Shown: positions 19,579 to 28,834 of the stretch, one piece after another
Layout: the number at the start of each line of letters is the position of its first letter
How positions within the stretch are numbered: position 1 is the stretch's first letter
DNA from: Candidatus Krumholzibacteriota bacterium
GTDB taxonomy: Bacteria; Krumholzibacteriota; Krumholzibacteriia; JAJRXK01
Reading direction: 5' to 3'
Length of the DNA: 64,000 nucleotides
Assembly (NCBI GenBank): GCA_963727455.1
Contig: CAVSGG010000017.1
Coordinates: 1 to 64,000 of the forward strand
Notes under the pieces: generated by a model
What the model saw: only the letters and a program-made list of their open reading frames with translations
Told to the model about the DNA's origin: nothing
Database searches by the model: none
Position numbers and translations under genes: made by a program

Positions 19579-19720
19579 CATTTCGCGGCTACGCTCTGGT
19601 ATCTCTGAAAGCCACACAGCGTAGGTTGAAGCACGTATGTGATGTTCCACTTCGATGAAGGAGGGCGCTTGCGCAGGTGCTGTTCCAGAGATTCCAGCCT
19701 CTAGGCACGCGGGAGAAGCT

Positions 19721-20110
19721 ATGAACTGCGAATATGAATACGATTCGAACTCCGATACGATCGAGGTTACCACGACCGGGGCAGCGGATGTCGATGAACT
19801 CGTCGATATGGTGAAAAGCATCGCCAAGCTATGCGGAGAGAGACCGTCGGCCAATATCCTCGTCGATCATTCCTCGTTGGATGCCGGCTCGGTAACGATG
19901 GAGGAAGTGCGGACCCTGAGTTCCGTAACGGTATCTTCTAAGAACACCCTGGGCGGGAGAAAATGCGCGCATGTCGTCAAGAATGACCTGCAATATGGTT
20001 TGGTCCGCGCCTGGGAGATGATGGTGGAGGTTAACGGTTATCCCGAACTGAAGACGAGAATCTTCCGCGAGCGGGTGGATGCATTACAGTGGACCGGATC
20101 CGGTCTGTGA
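19721..20110 (+). CDS. SpoIIAA-like (STAS/SEC14) small protein
   Basis: RBS GGGAG. 'ILVDHS', 'KCAHVV...QYGLVRAW' and 'IFRERVDALQW' fit the pattern. Confidence 0.6.
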   Translation: MNCEYEYDSNSDTIEVTTTGAADVDELVDMVKSIAKLCGERPSANILVDHSSLDAGSVTMEEVRTLSSVTVSSKNTLGGRKCAHVVKNDLQYGLVRAWEMMVEVNGYPELKTRIFRERVDALQWTGSGL

Positions 20111-20131
20111 TCGCCTGAAATCAGGAGCGCA

Positions 20132-21070
20132 ATGCTGTTGTCGAATAGATCAATCTCGGTTCTGGTCCTCTGTTTGTGCGCATGGTCTTCAACTTCACGC
20201 GCAGAGACGTATATCAATCGCCGTGTAGACTACAGTTTTCCATCCTGGGAAGAGGCGCTGAATTCCTCCGACGTCGACCGCTATGCTGACAAAGCAGAAT
20301 ATGAGGTCGCTGTCACGGATACGAGCTATCGGCTGGAGAAGCTCCATTACTCGAGCGATGGTCTCGATGTGATCGCCTACCTCTATGCGCCGCGAAACTC
20401 GAGCCACAAGAAGCGTCCTGCAATCGTATTCAATCGAGGAAGCTACGTTCGGGGAGAGATCGCTCCGGAACTTGTCGTGATGCTGCACCGCCTGGCGATG
20501 GCTGGCTTTACCGTGCTTGCTCCTCTATACCGCGGAAGTGATGGGGGGGAGGGGCACGACGAAATGGGTGGGGCCGATCTCGACGATCTCATGAACCTCC
20601 CGGCTGTGCTCGAGGAGCTGGGCTCGATCGACACGCGCAATGTCTTCCTCTACGGAGAGTCACGTGGGGGGATGATGGTATTCCAGGCGGTTCGAGATGG
20701 CTTTCCAGCCCGGGCGGCCGCCACCTATGGAGCATTCACGAATCTCGAAGCATTGGTGGGCGGTGAGAAGGGGCATTCCCTGGCGGTGTCCATCTGGCCC
20801 CAATTCGACGAGGAGCGGAGTCAGATCATTCAGCGTCGTTCCGCAATGCACTGGCCAGAGAGGCTGAATCTCCCTCTCTTGCTGATGCACGGTAGCAAGG
20901 ACGAATCGGTGCCCGTGGCCCAGACGCTAGGTCTGGCCACTGCCTTGAGTAAGGAGAGGAAGGACTTCGGGGTCATCGTCTTCCCCGGGGCGAACCACAT
21001 ACTGAGGAACCAGGGGGAAGAGCGGGATCGCTGCGCCGTCGATTTTTTTCGCCGGCACATGATCAAGTAG
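20132..21070 (+). CDS. Secreted S9 family peptidase (alpha/beta hydrolase)
   Basis: Signal peptide. Catalytic triad motifs GESRGG, 'HGSKDESV' and 'GANH'. Confidence 0.88.
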   Translation: MLLSNRSISVLVLCLCAWSSTSRAETYINRRVDYSFPSWEEALNSSDVDRYADKAEYEVAVTDTSYRLEKLHYSSDGLDVIAYLYAPRNSSHKKRPAIVFNRGSYVRGEIAPELVVMLHRLAMAGFTVLAPLYRGSDGGEGHDEMGGADLDDLMNLPAVLEELGSIDTRNVFLYGESRGGMMVFQAVRDGFPARAAATYGAFTNLEALVGGEKGHSLAVSIWPQFDEERSQIIQRRSAMHWPERLNLPLLLMHGSKDESVPVAQTLGLATALSKERKDFGVIVFPGANHILRNQGEERDRCAVDFFRRHMIK

Positions 21071-21104
21071 TTTGCTCGCGCTACGAGTTCCCTCGTGGGT
21101 TGCC

Positions 21105-23126
21105 TCACCGCCAGTAGGCGGATACCGCCTCGCTTGGGAGGCTCTCCGAACCCCCAGCGTCTACCGAAGTCACTGCATAAACATAGGTGATGCCTTGCTT
21201 CGCCGTCGTATCCATCCACGACCCCGAAGCGAGTTCTGGTTTCGCGATGAGCGCGGCCGGTTCGCCTGCCGTGTGTCGGTAGACGCGATATCCCACGACA
21301 CGCTCGTCCAAGACTTGGGACCATGAAAGCTGGATGCCTTTCGCGACCCCCGTAGCGCGAACTCCAGAGGGCGATGGCAGTGAAGTGCCGGGCTTGGGTA
21401 TCTGGATCGATAGAGGTGAGCTGAGCGCACTCTTGACTCCGTTTACGTCGATTGCCTGGACGGCGTACTCATAACTTGCTCCGGCCGTTACCGTGGAGTC
21501 GGTGCCGTAGTTTTGGTGGGGGGCATAGGACCGTGATGAGAAGATCTTCGCGAATTCTCCGTCGGGAAGATTCCGGCGAAAGACCGCGTAAGCTGCCAGA
21601 GTTGGATCGCGCTGGAGCGAAACGTCCCAGAACAGTTGCACGCGATCCGCTGCCACCCTCGCTCGTAGATTCATGGGAGTGGAAAGCGTGTAGTCAGCCG
21701 GGGGGCGCGCCGAGGCGCTCTCGGAAATTTCACTTAGGGCATAGCCATCACTTACGGTGCGAACCGCGTACAGATAGGTCGTGCGACCGTCCAGAGTCTG
21801 CGTTGTATCCTCGTAGCTCACCGAAGTCGAATCGGATTGAATAAGAGAAGAAATCTGCTTCCAGTCGCGTCCCTCGGATGCCCGGTAGACGTAATATCCC
21901 AAAATGTGCGGTCCCAATCCCCGCCACGAGATTCGAATGCTCTCGTGGGTAGACTCAGCTTGTACTCCTTGGGGCGGAAGAGGAACGTCTCCCTGGGTCG
22001 CCATGGCCGCTACGACCGCGCTCATTGCAGACTCATCGGCCCCCGAAGTTATGATCCGGTAGTAAGCGTTCTCGTTGGCAGTGGGAACCACATCGAGAAA
22101 CTCGCGCGTCTCGGGCGATAGGGTGGCGATCCGCTGGAATGGTCCGTCGAAACTGTCGCTGCGCTCGATTTCGATGCTTCGCAAGTAGGACTGTCCCACG
22201 AGCTCCCACTCGAGTCGAACCTGGTGATTTTCACCTAGCGCCCGCGCGTGTAGAGTAGCCACCGTAGGGACGCTTCCTGCGGGAAAAGTCGAGACTGTCA
22301 CCGGCACCGATGATGGCCCGGGATTGGCGAAGTGATCGACGAGCGAGGCCGTGTATTCGTACACGGAGTTGGGCACCACCTGATCGTCGCGTCCCACGGC
22401 GAAGACCGTATCTCCTAGGGCATGAAAGCCGCTGATCGTTGGAATTGGCGCGAAATCGCCCTTCATCTCGCTTCGGCGTCGGATGAGAACGCCGGCGGGC
22501 TCGCTGTCCGCTGGAACCAGCCAGCGGAGACGGACCCGTGCTCCGTCGTAGCGCCCCTCCAAGGACTTGACAAGTTTCGGTGCGGGCAAGGAGGTGTGCG
22601 GCGGCCAGGTCACGCTCTGCGTCTCCTCACTCGCGTTGCCAAGCTGAATGTGATAGCGAAAACTAGCGCCATCCTTGGCTCCGGTTGCAGCCGTGTCGAG
22701 CACCGCCGTTCCCAGCGCGAGATGCGAAAGAGGGATGTTTACGGCGGGGAGTCTGCTTACGTCGTCGTGCGCCTGGAGATAGCTCCAGAGGCGGTCGATG
22801 CCAGCCGAATCGACCTGGGCCAGTCCTTGGAAATAGGGGGCGAAATGCTGGATGCGATTCGCGAGTTCCTCGCGCGAAGCTGGCGCGGAGCTACGCGTGA
22901 AAGGCTTCTGGCCGCTGGCCTCACGAGAAACCAGGTACGGTTCGTCCTTGGGGATCGCGCTTCCGAGAAAGATCCAGATGCCACGGGGCGATGCCACGGC
23001 CATCGCATGGGGTCGCTTCGACGCTTCATTCTGTGCCCGCGCACCGAACGCGCCTAGAAGGAGGACCAGCGCCGCGACCGTGGAAATGGAGCGCCCCCAT
23101 AGGGCTGTATTTCGTATCCCGTTCAT
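21105..23126 (-). CDS. Secreted fibronectin type III repeat protein
   Basis: Signal peptide ending ARA. About five repeats of the type 'L.W...GY.VYR...Y.Y.V..VD..G.ES..S'. ATG lies 2 nt after the stop of the giant gene. Confidence 0.88.
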   Translation of the reverse strand: MNGIRNTALWGRSISTVAALVLLLGAFGARAQNEASKRPHAMAVASPRGIWIFLGSAIPKDEPYLVSREASGQKPFTRSSAPASREELANRIQHFAPYFQGLAQVDSAGIDRLWSYLQAHDDVSRLPAVNIPLSHLALGTAVLDTAATGAKDGASFRYHIQLGNASEETQSVTWPPHTSLPAPKLVKSLEGRYDGARVRLRWLVPADSEPAGVLIRRRSEMKGDFAPIPTISGFHALGDTVFAVGRDDQVVPNSVYEYTASLVDHFANPGPSSVPVTVSTFPAGSVPTVATLHARALGENHQVRLEWELVGQSYLRSIEIERSDSFDGPFQRIATLSPETREFLDVVPTANENAYYRIITSGADESAMSAVVAAMATQGDVPLPPQGVQAESTHESIRISWRGLGPHILGYYVYRASEGRDWKQISSLIQSDSTSVSYEDTTQTLDGRTTYLYAVRTVSDGYALSEISESASARPPADYTLSTPMNLRARVAADRVQLFWDVSLQRDPTLAAYAVFRRNLPDGEFAKIFSSRSYAPHQNYGTDSTVTAGASYEYAVQAIDVNGVKSALSSPLSIQIPKPGTSLPSPSGVRATGVAKGIQLSWSQVLDERVVGYRVYRHTAGEPAALIAKPELASGSWMDTTAKQGITYVYAVTSVDAGGSESLPSEAVSAYWR

Positions 23127-23128
23127 GC

Positions 23129-26100
23129 TTACCACCCCGAACTCAGTCCGGCCTCGTTGCCCGAGCAGGTTCCGAGTCCCAGGGAAGCATCAGAACCGCT
23201 CGTGCCCATGGCCATCGTCATTTTGAGTGATTTCTGCACCGACAACCCGGCGCACAACTCGCAGGAGACACCGTCGAGGGAAAGCGTCGGTATGCACTGC
23301 TGGAGCTCTCCCGCCAAAGAGATGCTCGCGCATCCCTCGAGGTCGAACTGGCCATTGGTGTTGAGAATGCCTTTCGCCCCCAGTTCGGCAGATACCTCTC
23401 CACTGACCTTGGTGCAAGTGACACTCGACAGAATGAAGTAGGCGTGGATGAAGCCCATGGCGCCGATCCCCAGCTCGGTGCCCGGCCCGGCGAAACTCAT
23501 CCAGACCCGGGCGTCCAGTCCGGTCTCACCGCCGAGATGTGCAGACACCGCGCCCAGATTGAATCCGGTGTCCGGGATGCTGAACTGGGGAATGTTCTTG
23601 CGTCCAGTGAAGAAGAAGCCCGAGACACCGTGCTGAAAGGCCACCGGAATGTGCTTGTCATAGGCGAATTGCAAGAGGGTCTTGGCGACCTCTGCGGGCA
23701 TGGTGTCATAGTCACCGATCAACATTCCCGCCTTGAGGTTCCCAAATCCCGACATCGTGACAGCGCCACCGGTGAGAAAATACCACCCGTCACCGTCGAC
23801 GCACATGTTTGCCGTTCCTACGAAGTGCGTTCCCGAAAAGGTCTGGTCGATGTCGAGCGTGCCCGTCATCCTTCCATGGGGGTAATCGTAGGTCATCGAG
23901 ATATCGCCAAAGGGAGTCGGGATGTTCTTTACATCGACTCCCTGGTTGTCTGCGGTGATGTCACCGTGAACCGTGAAGGTCTTTCGCGTGTCCCCCTGCA
24001 TCCCCTTCGCACCTTGCATATCGCCGCTGAAGACGAATTTGCTCCAATCGTTGGAGCTTGATGCAACGTGCATCTCGCCTTCGACCGAGGAGAGCTTGGT
24101 TTTCGTTTTTCCGATCGGTAGCGTTTGCCCCAAAGGATCCACTTCGATCCAGATCTTCTTGGTGGTCCGGTGCAGCCTTGTTTTCAATACCACACCTTCG
24201 CTGGACTCGATCTTCCCTTCGGCCAAGAAGCCGTCCGTACCGAGGGTTTGCGCTCCTTCGCTCTGGTGCGCGATGAACTTCACCTTGCCCGGCGCATCGA
24301 AGGCGAAGGGAATCGGCGAGAGGTCCAGGGCGGTTTTCCCCGCCTTTTCGCGGAAGGTCAGCGTCGCCTGGTAGCTGCTTGCCAGCCGTGGGACGCCGAG
24401 GTCCACAGTTCCCGAGATTTGAAAGTAGTCGTCGTAGGCGATGAGATTGCCCGGCACGAGAGTGAAAACGTCATAGAACGTCACGGGAGGCGAGTTCGCG
24501 CCAAAACCGAGCAACTGCTCGCCATTGCTCAACAGATCGATGGACTCCAGGGTGAATGCCGCGCCCTTCTTCATTCCGGGGAGACCGGCGAGCTTTGCCG
24601 CCGGGGTTCCGCCATCCGCCAAAAGCGATAGCTTCCAGTGTCCCTTCCGATCTTCTCCGACCTTGGGATCATAGCCGAAGCCGGCATTCTGGGTGAGAAC
24701 CTGGAGCGGGGCTACGCCGCCCAGCGAGATATCCTGGAGATCGACTTGGTCGATTTTCAAGTCCGCGGGCGTGATGTGGAGGCTCTTGGCCGGAACGCTG
24801 ATCGCGCCGGTATTGATTGTCGCCGTCTCGAAAAGAAGACCGTTGGTGGAGCTGGAGAGCTTCCATTTTGTGGCGTTCAGTTTCCACTGTTCGAGTTTCA
24901 GCGTGAGCGTACCGGGATTTTCGATGGGTGGAACGCTGGTGGGGAGGGCACGCACCCATCCGGCGGGTATCGAGAGTTGATTGGGAGCTGACTTGTCGAG
25001 CTTAGCGTGCAGGGTGGTATCGATTGCGAGCGTGTCCTTACGGACATACGCTCCACCGACTTCAGCGGTCGCCGTGAAACCATGCAGCGTGTACGACAGG
25101 GCACCGTGGGTCTCACTCCCGCGGATTGTGTAGGAGCCTGCGTTCACCTGCGCCGGCTCTGAGGCAAATGCGACTACTGTCGTTTGGCTGGCATCGTTCC
25201 GTGGAGCTAGAGTAAGAATGCCGGGAGCCATGACGTTTGACGAAAATGAGAAGCTCGACGGTGCAATGCGGACCTGACCGCGAATTTCTCCGCCTCCATC
25301 GCTTCGTGGCGCGACCGACACCATCCCCCCCTGGATTGCAGGGAGAAGCGTGACATCGAAAGCATCGAAGAGTTTCAAGTCGATTTTGGACACCATGGTT
25401 TGTATGGGAGGATTCTGTGGTACGGCGTAGGGAACGCCCTGTACGTCGAGTTTCGCGCCCTTTTGTAAGGTCAGGTCGTGAAATGGCAGGGTTAGCTTCG
25501 ATTCCTTCGCTTTGAAGCTCGAGTTCTCGGGCAGGTTTACGAAAGCGCCATCGATGGTCACCGCGCTTCCGGATTCCTTGAGCGAACTAATTTCAATGGG
25601 AAATCCGAGCAACTGCGTGATGTCCATGTCGTTGTAGATCGACAGATTCAAATTCACCGGCTGGTCAGTGGGCACCGTGATCGACTTGGAGTCGCCCACG
25701 TATGTGACGGTATTCGAGGATCGAGTGGCGTGGATGGTAACGTCGGCGGGACTCAGTGGAATTCCGTGTAGAGTGTAGTTTCCCCCCTGGCCACTGACAG
25801 TTTCCACCGGAATGACATTCGAGCCCGTACCCACGTCGGCGAACACGCGTGCACCAGCGACCACTACGGAATCTCCCACCGTGATGACACCGGAGATGTG
25901 CGCGGCCGGGTCCAGAACACAACTGTAATCGCTTGCCGCAGTATTCGTCAGGTTGAAGAATTTGTAGTAGCGCGCGACGTAGTCAGCATTCTCGGGTGGC
26001 GTGACCTTCGCCTTGAAGTTGACTGCCTGATTGTCGAACGTGAAGGTGACAAGCCCTCGCGGATCGGTCTTCTTGACTTGGCCCAAGAGCTCCACGCTGG

Positions 26101-28834
26101 CTCCCGCCAGGGGTTTGAGCGTGGGCACCATGGTGCTGCGAGCGAAGGAGTGCGCGTCTCTTCCGCGCAGTACCGTGATGCGAACACGATGACGTCTGCG
26201 CACGAACTGAAACTTACCGAGATTCACCGCTTTCTTGGACTTCGGGATGTCCACCGTGAAGCTCTTGGTGGGATAGTCCTTGTTGCTGGGAATGATGGTG
26301 AGTTGCTGGTTCTTACCCGATGGTGCCTGCAGGTGAAAGATCTGCGCACCCTGGAACCAATTCGTCGAGGTGGAAATTCCGCTCGAGAAATGGACTTCAG
26401 CCGGAATGCCGGCTCCGGTCTCCAAGTCTGACACGGTACCGTAGACCTTCCCGTCGGGCTCGAGTTTGATCTCGGAGCTGAGATCGACTTGGCGTCCCCA
26501 ATCCAGGATGCCCAGATTCTTCTTCCGCGGAGAATAGCCCTTTTTGTGCGCGTAGAGCGTTCGATCCGGTCCCACCAGGGCCCCACTCTGGTCCTCTTGT
26601 ACGTCGAGATGGTTGAAGTGAAAGTAGCCTTGCGAGCCGCTCTGAGTGGATAGCCAGGGCCACTGCTTTTCGCCGCTGTCACCGGAGAAGAGTTGGGAGA
26701 AAGCATTTCCGCCGGTTTCCTTGTACTCGCTCTGAAGCACGAGCTGCGACTGTGCAATCGGCGTGTTCTTGTTGGATGCGTCCATGACACGGCCGAAGAT
26801 GCGTGGGTTCAAGGGTCTCAGGAAGGCGGCCGTTTGGAAGACGTCCTTGTAGGAAAGTCGGCTGTTGAAAAGGGGATGGGTGTTGTACTTCGCCGGGTAG
26901 GCCCAGTAGTCGAGATAGGGTTCGTAGTTGTAGTTGCCTTTGGTTTTGGAAGTCGAGACGTAGAAGTAATACACGTCGTTGGAATTCCACGGACGCACGA
27001 CTCGCGAGAATTTCGCAAAGCCATCCGGATCGGTCAGCTGCTCATCGACTACGGAAAATGTGCCCTCGGGGAGAGTGATTTTACGGTGCGCGCTAGGGTC
27101 CCCCTCGTCGGGGGGGATCTCTGGGTTGCGGGGATGTTTGCGGAGTACCAACACCTTGGCTCCGGGGATTTTCCCGGTAGCCTGTTGGTTCTGCTTGAAG
27201 ATGTCGGGCACAACTTTCAGCCGGAAAAGGTAGGTCTTGACCCAGGAGACCATCGTGCCCAAGTCGGTGTTACCCCAGGGCTGGATCACGATGTCCTTGT
27301 CAGGGCTGCAATAGTACGGACTGTCGACGATGAGTCGCAGGGTGCGCGTGATCTTCTGGGCGGAAAGCTCGTCCTTGAGGCCACCTTGCTGATTGTATTT
27401 GTTGTCGACGAACTGGCTGACATTCTTTTCGAAGACCCCGGTTTTGAATCCTTGCTCGAAGGTGAAAGAGAATCCTCCATCACTCTTCGTCGTCGTGGTG
27501 GCGATCACCTTGTCAATTTCGGGAAACATCGAATTGATGTCGCCGTTCGAATAACCTTGTTTGAGCAGCGCATCCTTCGACAGCACGATCTCGTCCTGAT
27601 CTTTTGCGCCGTAGTCGCCCAGGTGGCCACCCAAGATGCGGTAGGTCATGACGAGACTCACCCTTACGCCGCCCAGAGCTTCCGAGCCCGCAGGGTCGAT
27701 GAATCCCGATTCGTAGTAAGTCTGATCGGGATTGAAATGCTGATTGCCGATGGTTGCCGAACCCGCGCTAGAGCTGAGGGCTCCCCGATTGTTCGAGCTG
27801 GAATTCTCGCCGTAAGGTTTGAACTTGTAGGCGAGCGTGCCCTGTATGGTGCTGAAGGGGGAGTTGGGCAAGTTCGTGGGAGCTTGAGGGTTGAAGCTTG
27901 GACCACTCTTTTTCCCGGTCGGCTTCACCGTGATGGGAGGCAGGAGGGACCGCGAATCCACCCAAGTGAACGAGCATACCTCGCTGTGCCCGTCATTCGC
28001 GAAGGGAATGTTTCGCTCGTCATTTCGTACCGTCACACGCCAGGCATAGCGGCGTCCCGCTTCGAAGAGCGGTTGCGTGGGGCCGTAGAAAAACGAGGTT
28101 CCAGAAACCTCCTGGTCGAAGAATTCGGGCGTCGTGGCGCTCCGCATCGCATCCTCTGGCGCCATGTCGGGATCAACCATCTCTACGATTTCGAGCTCGT
28201 AGCGGGTCGTGGCCGGGGGCGCTCCGGGAGCTGGGGACCAGGAGAAGGTGAGCGCCTGGAGCGACTGCGGAGTAATCGTCTCGCCGCAGGGGGGAGCGAT
28301 CAGATAGGGCGGTTCGGCCGCTTGGATCTGGAAGGTGTTGCTGCAGCCCGCCGGTGGCGGTGGGGAATGCACGATCTCCCTACCGCAGATGGATGCCGGA
28401 CAGATCGATTGGAAACACAGGCGGTAGCTGCCGGGAGGAAGACCTTTGTCGTAGTACTGATCCCGGGTCATTCCGCTGAAGAGGAGGTTCGAGGGATCGA
28501 ACAGGGCCGCGAGATCGGCGCCGGTCAGGGTGACCGGTGTGCTGACCGCGAGGGGGAAGGGTGGACCCGGATCGAATCCCGGTGGAGTCCGTAGTTCGAT
28601 ACCGTTGTCCCCAAGCACTTGCAACGAGAGGTAATTCTCCGCGGAACCGTCGGCGCTGGTGGCAACCAAGGTCACCCGCGTGTGGTCCGAGATAGAGAAG
28701 AGATCGTTCGTAACCGTCCCGGTAACTTGCGCCATGACCGATAGATCGTACTGCGCCGACGCCCGTGACGCTCCCAGTAGCGCGACCGCTCCCATGATGA
28801 GCGCGGCCACAATACTTCTAGAAGGAGACCGCAT
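23129..28834 (-). CDS. Giant (~1900 aa) secreted TANFOR-domain protein with Ig-like repeats and a beta-rich C-terminal half
   Basis: RBS GGAGG before ATG 28834 and signal peptide ending ASA. 'GDNGIELRT...LTGADLAALF...GLPPGSYRLC' then 'FSW...Y...GRRYAWRV...GHSEVCSF' resembles TANFOR proteins. Several 'I.G.V.D' carboxypeptidase-regulatory-like modules follow. Confidence 0.75.
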   Translation of the reverse strand: MRSPSRSIVAALIMGAVALLGASRASAQYDLSVMAQVTGTVTNDLFSISDHTRVTLVATSADGSAENYLSLQVLGDNGIELRTPPGFDPGPPFPLAVSTPVTLTGADLAALFDPSNLLFSGMTRDQYYDKGLPPGSYRLCFQSICPASICGREIVHSPPPPAGCSNTFQIQAAEPPYLIAPPCGETITPQSLQALTFSWSPAPGAPPATTRYELEIVEMVDPDMAPEDAMRSATTPEFFDQEVSGTSFFYGPTQPLFEAGRRYAWRVTVRNDERNIPFANDGHSEVCSFTWVDSRSLLPPITVKPTGKKSGPSFNPQAPTNLPNSPFSTIQGTLAYKFKPYGENSSSNNRGALSSSAGSATIGNQHFNPDQTYYESGFIDPAGSEALGGVRVSLVMTYRILGGHLGDYGAKDQDEIVLSKDALLKQGYSNGDINSMFPEIDKVIATTTTKSDGGFSFTFEQGFKTGVFEKNVSQFVDNKYNQQGGLKDELSAQKITRTLRLIVDSPYYCSPDKDIVIQPWGNTDLGTMVSWVKTYLFRLKVVPDIFKQNQQATGKIPGAKVLVLRKHPRNPEIPPDEGDPSAHRKITLPEGTFSVVDEQLTDPDGFAKFSRVVRPWNSNDVYYFYVSTSKTKGNYNYEPYLDYWAYPAKYNTHPLFNSRLSYKDVFQTAAFLRPLNPRIFGRVMDASNKNTPIAQSQLVLQSEYKETGGNAFSQLFSGDSGEKQWPWLSTQSGSQGYFHFNHLDVQEDQSGALVGPDRTLYAHKKGYSPRKKNLGILDWGRQVDLSSEIKLEPDGKVYGTVSDLETGAGIPAEVHFSSGISTSTNWFQGAQIFHLQAPSGKNQQLTIIPSNKDYPTKSFTVDIPKSKKAVNLGKFQFVRRRHRVRITVLRGRDAHSFARSTMVPTLKPLAGASVELLGQVKKTDPRGLVTFTFDNQAVNFKAKVTPPENADYVARYYKFFNLTNTAASDYSCVLDPAAHISGVITVGDSVVVAGARVFADVGTGSNVIPVETVSGQGGNYTLHGIPLSPADVTIHATRSSNTVTYVGDSKSITVPTDQPVNLNLSIYNDMDITQLLGFPIEISSLKESGSAVTIDGAFVNLPENSSFKAKESKLTLPFHDLTLQKGAKLDVQGVPYAVPQNPPIQTMVSKIDLKLFDAFDVTLLPAIQGGMVSVAPRSDGGGEIRGQVRIAPSSFSFSSNVMAPGILTLAPRNDASQTTVVAFASEPAQVNAGSYTIRGSETHGALSYTLHGFTATAEVGGAYVRKDTLAIDTTLHAKLDKSAPNQLSIPAGWVRALPTSVPPIENPGTLTLKLEQWKLNATKWKLSSSTNGLLFETATINTGAISVPAKSLHITPADLKIDQVDLQDISLGGVAPLQVLTQNAGFGYDPKVGEDRKGHWKLSLLADGGTPAAKLAGLPGMKKGAAFTLESIDLLSNGEQLLGFGANSPPVTFYDVFTLVPGNLIAYDDYFQISGTVDLGVPRLASSYQATLTFREKAGKTALDLSPIPFAFDAPGKVKFIAHQSEGAQTLGTDGFLAEGKIESSEGVVLKTRLHRTTKKIWIEVDPLGQTLPIGKTKTKLSSVEGEMHVASSSNDWSKFVFSGDMQGAKGMQGDTRKTFTVHGDITADNQGVDVKNIPTPFGDISMTYDYPHGRMTGTLDIDQTFSGTHFVGTANMCVDGDGWYFLTGGAVTMSGFGNLKAGMLIGDYDTMPAEVAKTLLQFAYDKHIPVAFQHGVSGFFFTGRKNIPQFSIPDTGFNLGAVSAHLGGETGLDARVWMSFAGPGTELGIGAMGFIHAYFILSSVTCTKVSGEVSAELGAKGILNTNGQFDLEGCASISLAGELQQCIPTLSLDGVSCELCAGLSVQKSLKMTMAMGTSGSDASLGLGTCSGNEAGLSSGW

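Noticed and set aside
26693-28594. 633-aa plus-strand ORF
   Set aside because: Antisense shadow of the giant TANFOR gene with no motifs, as expected in high-GC DNA.
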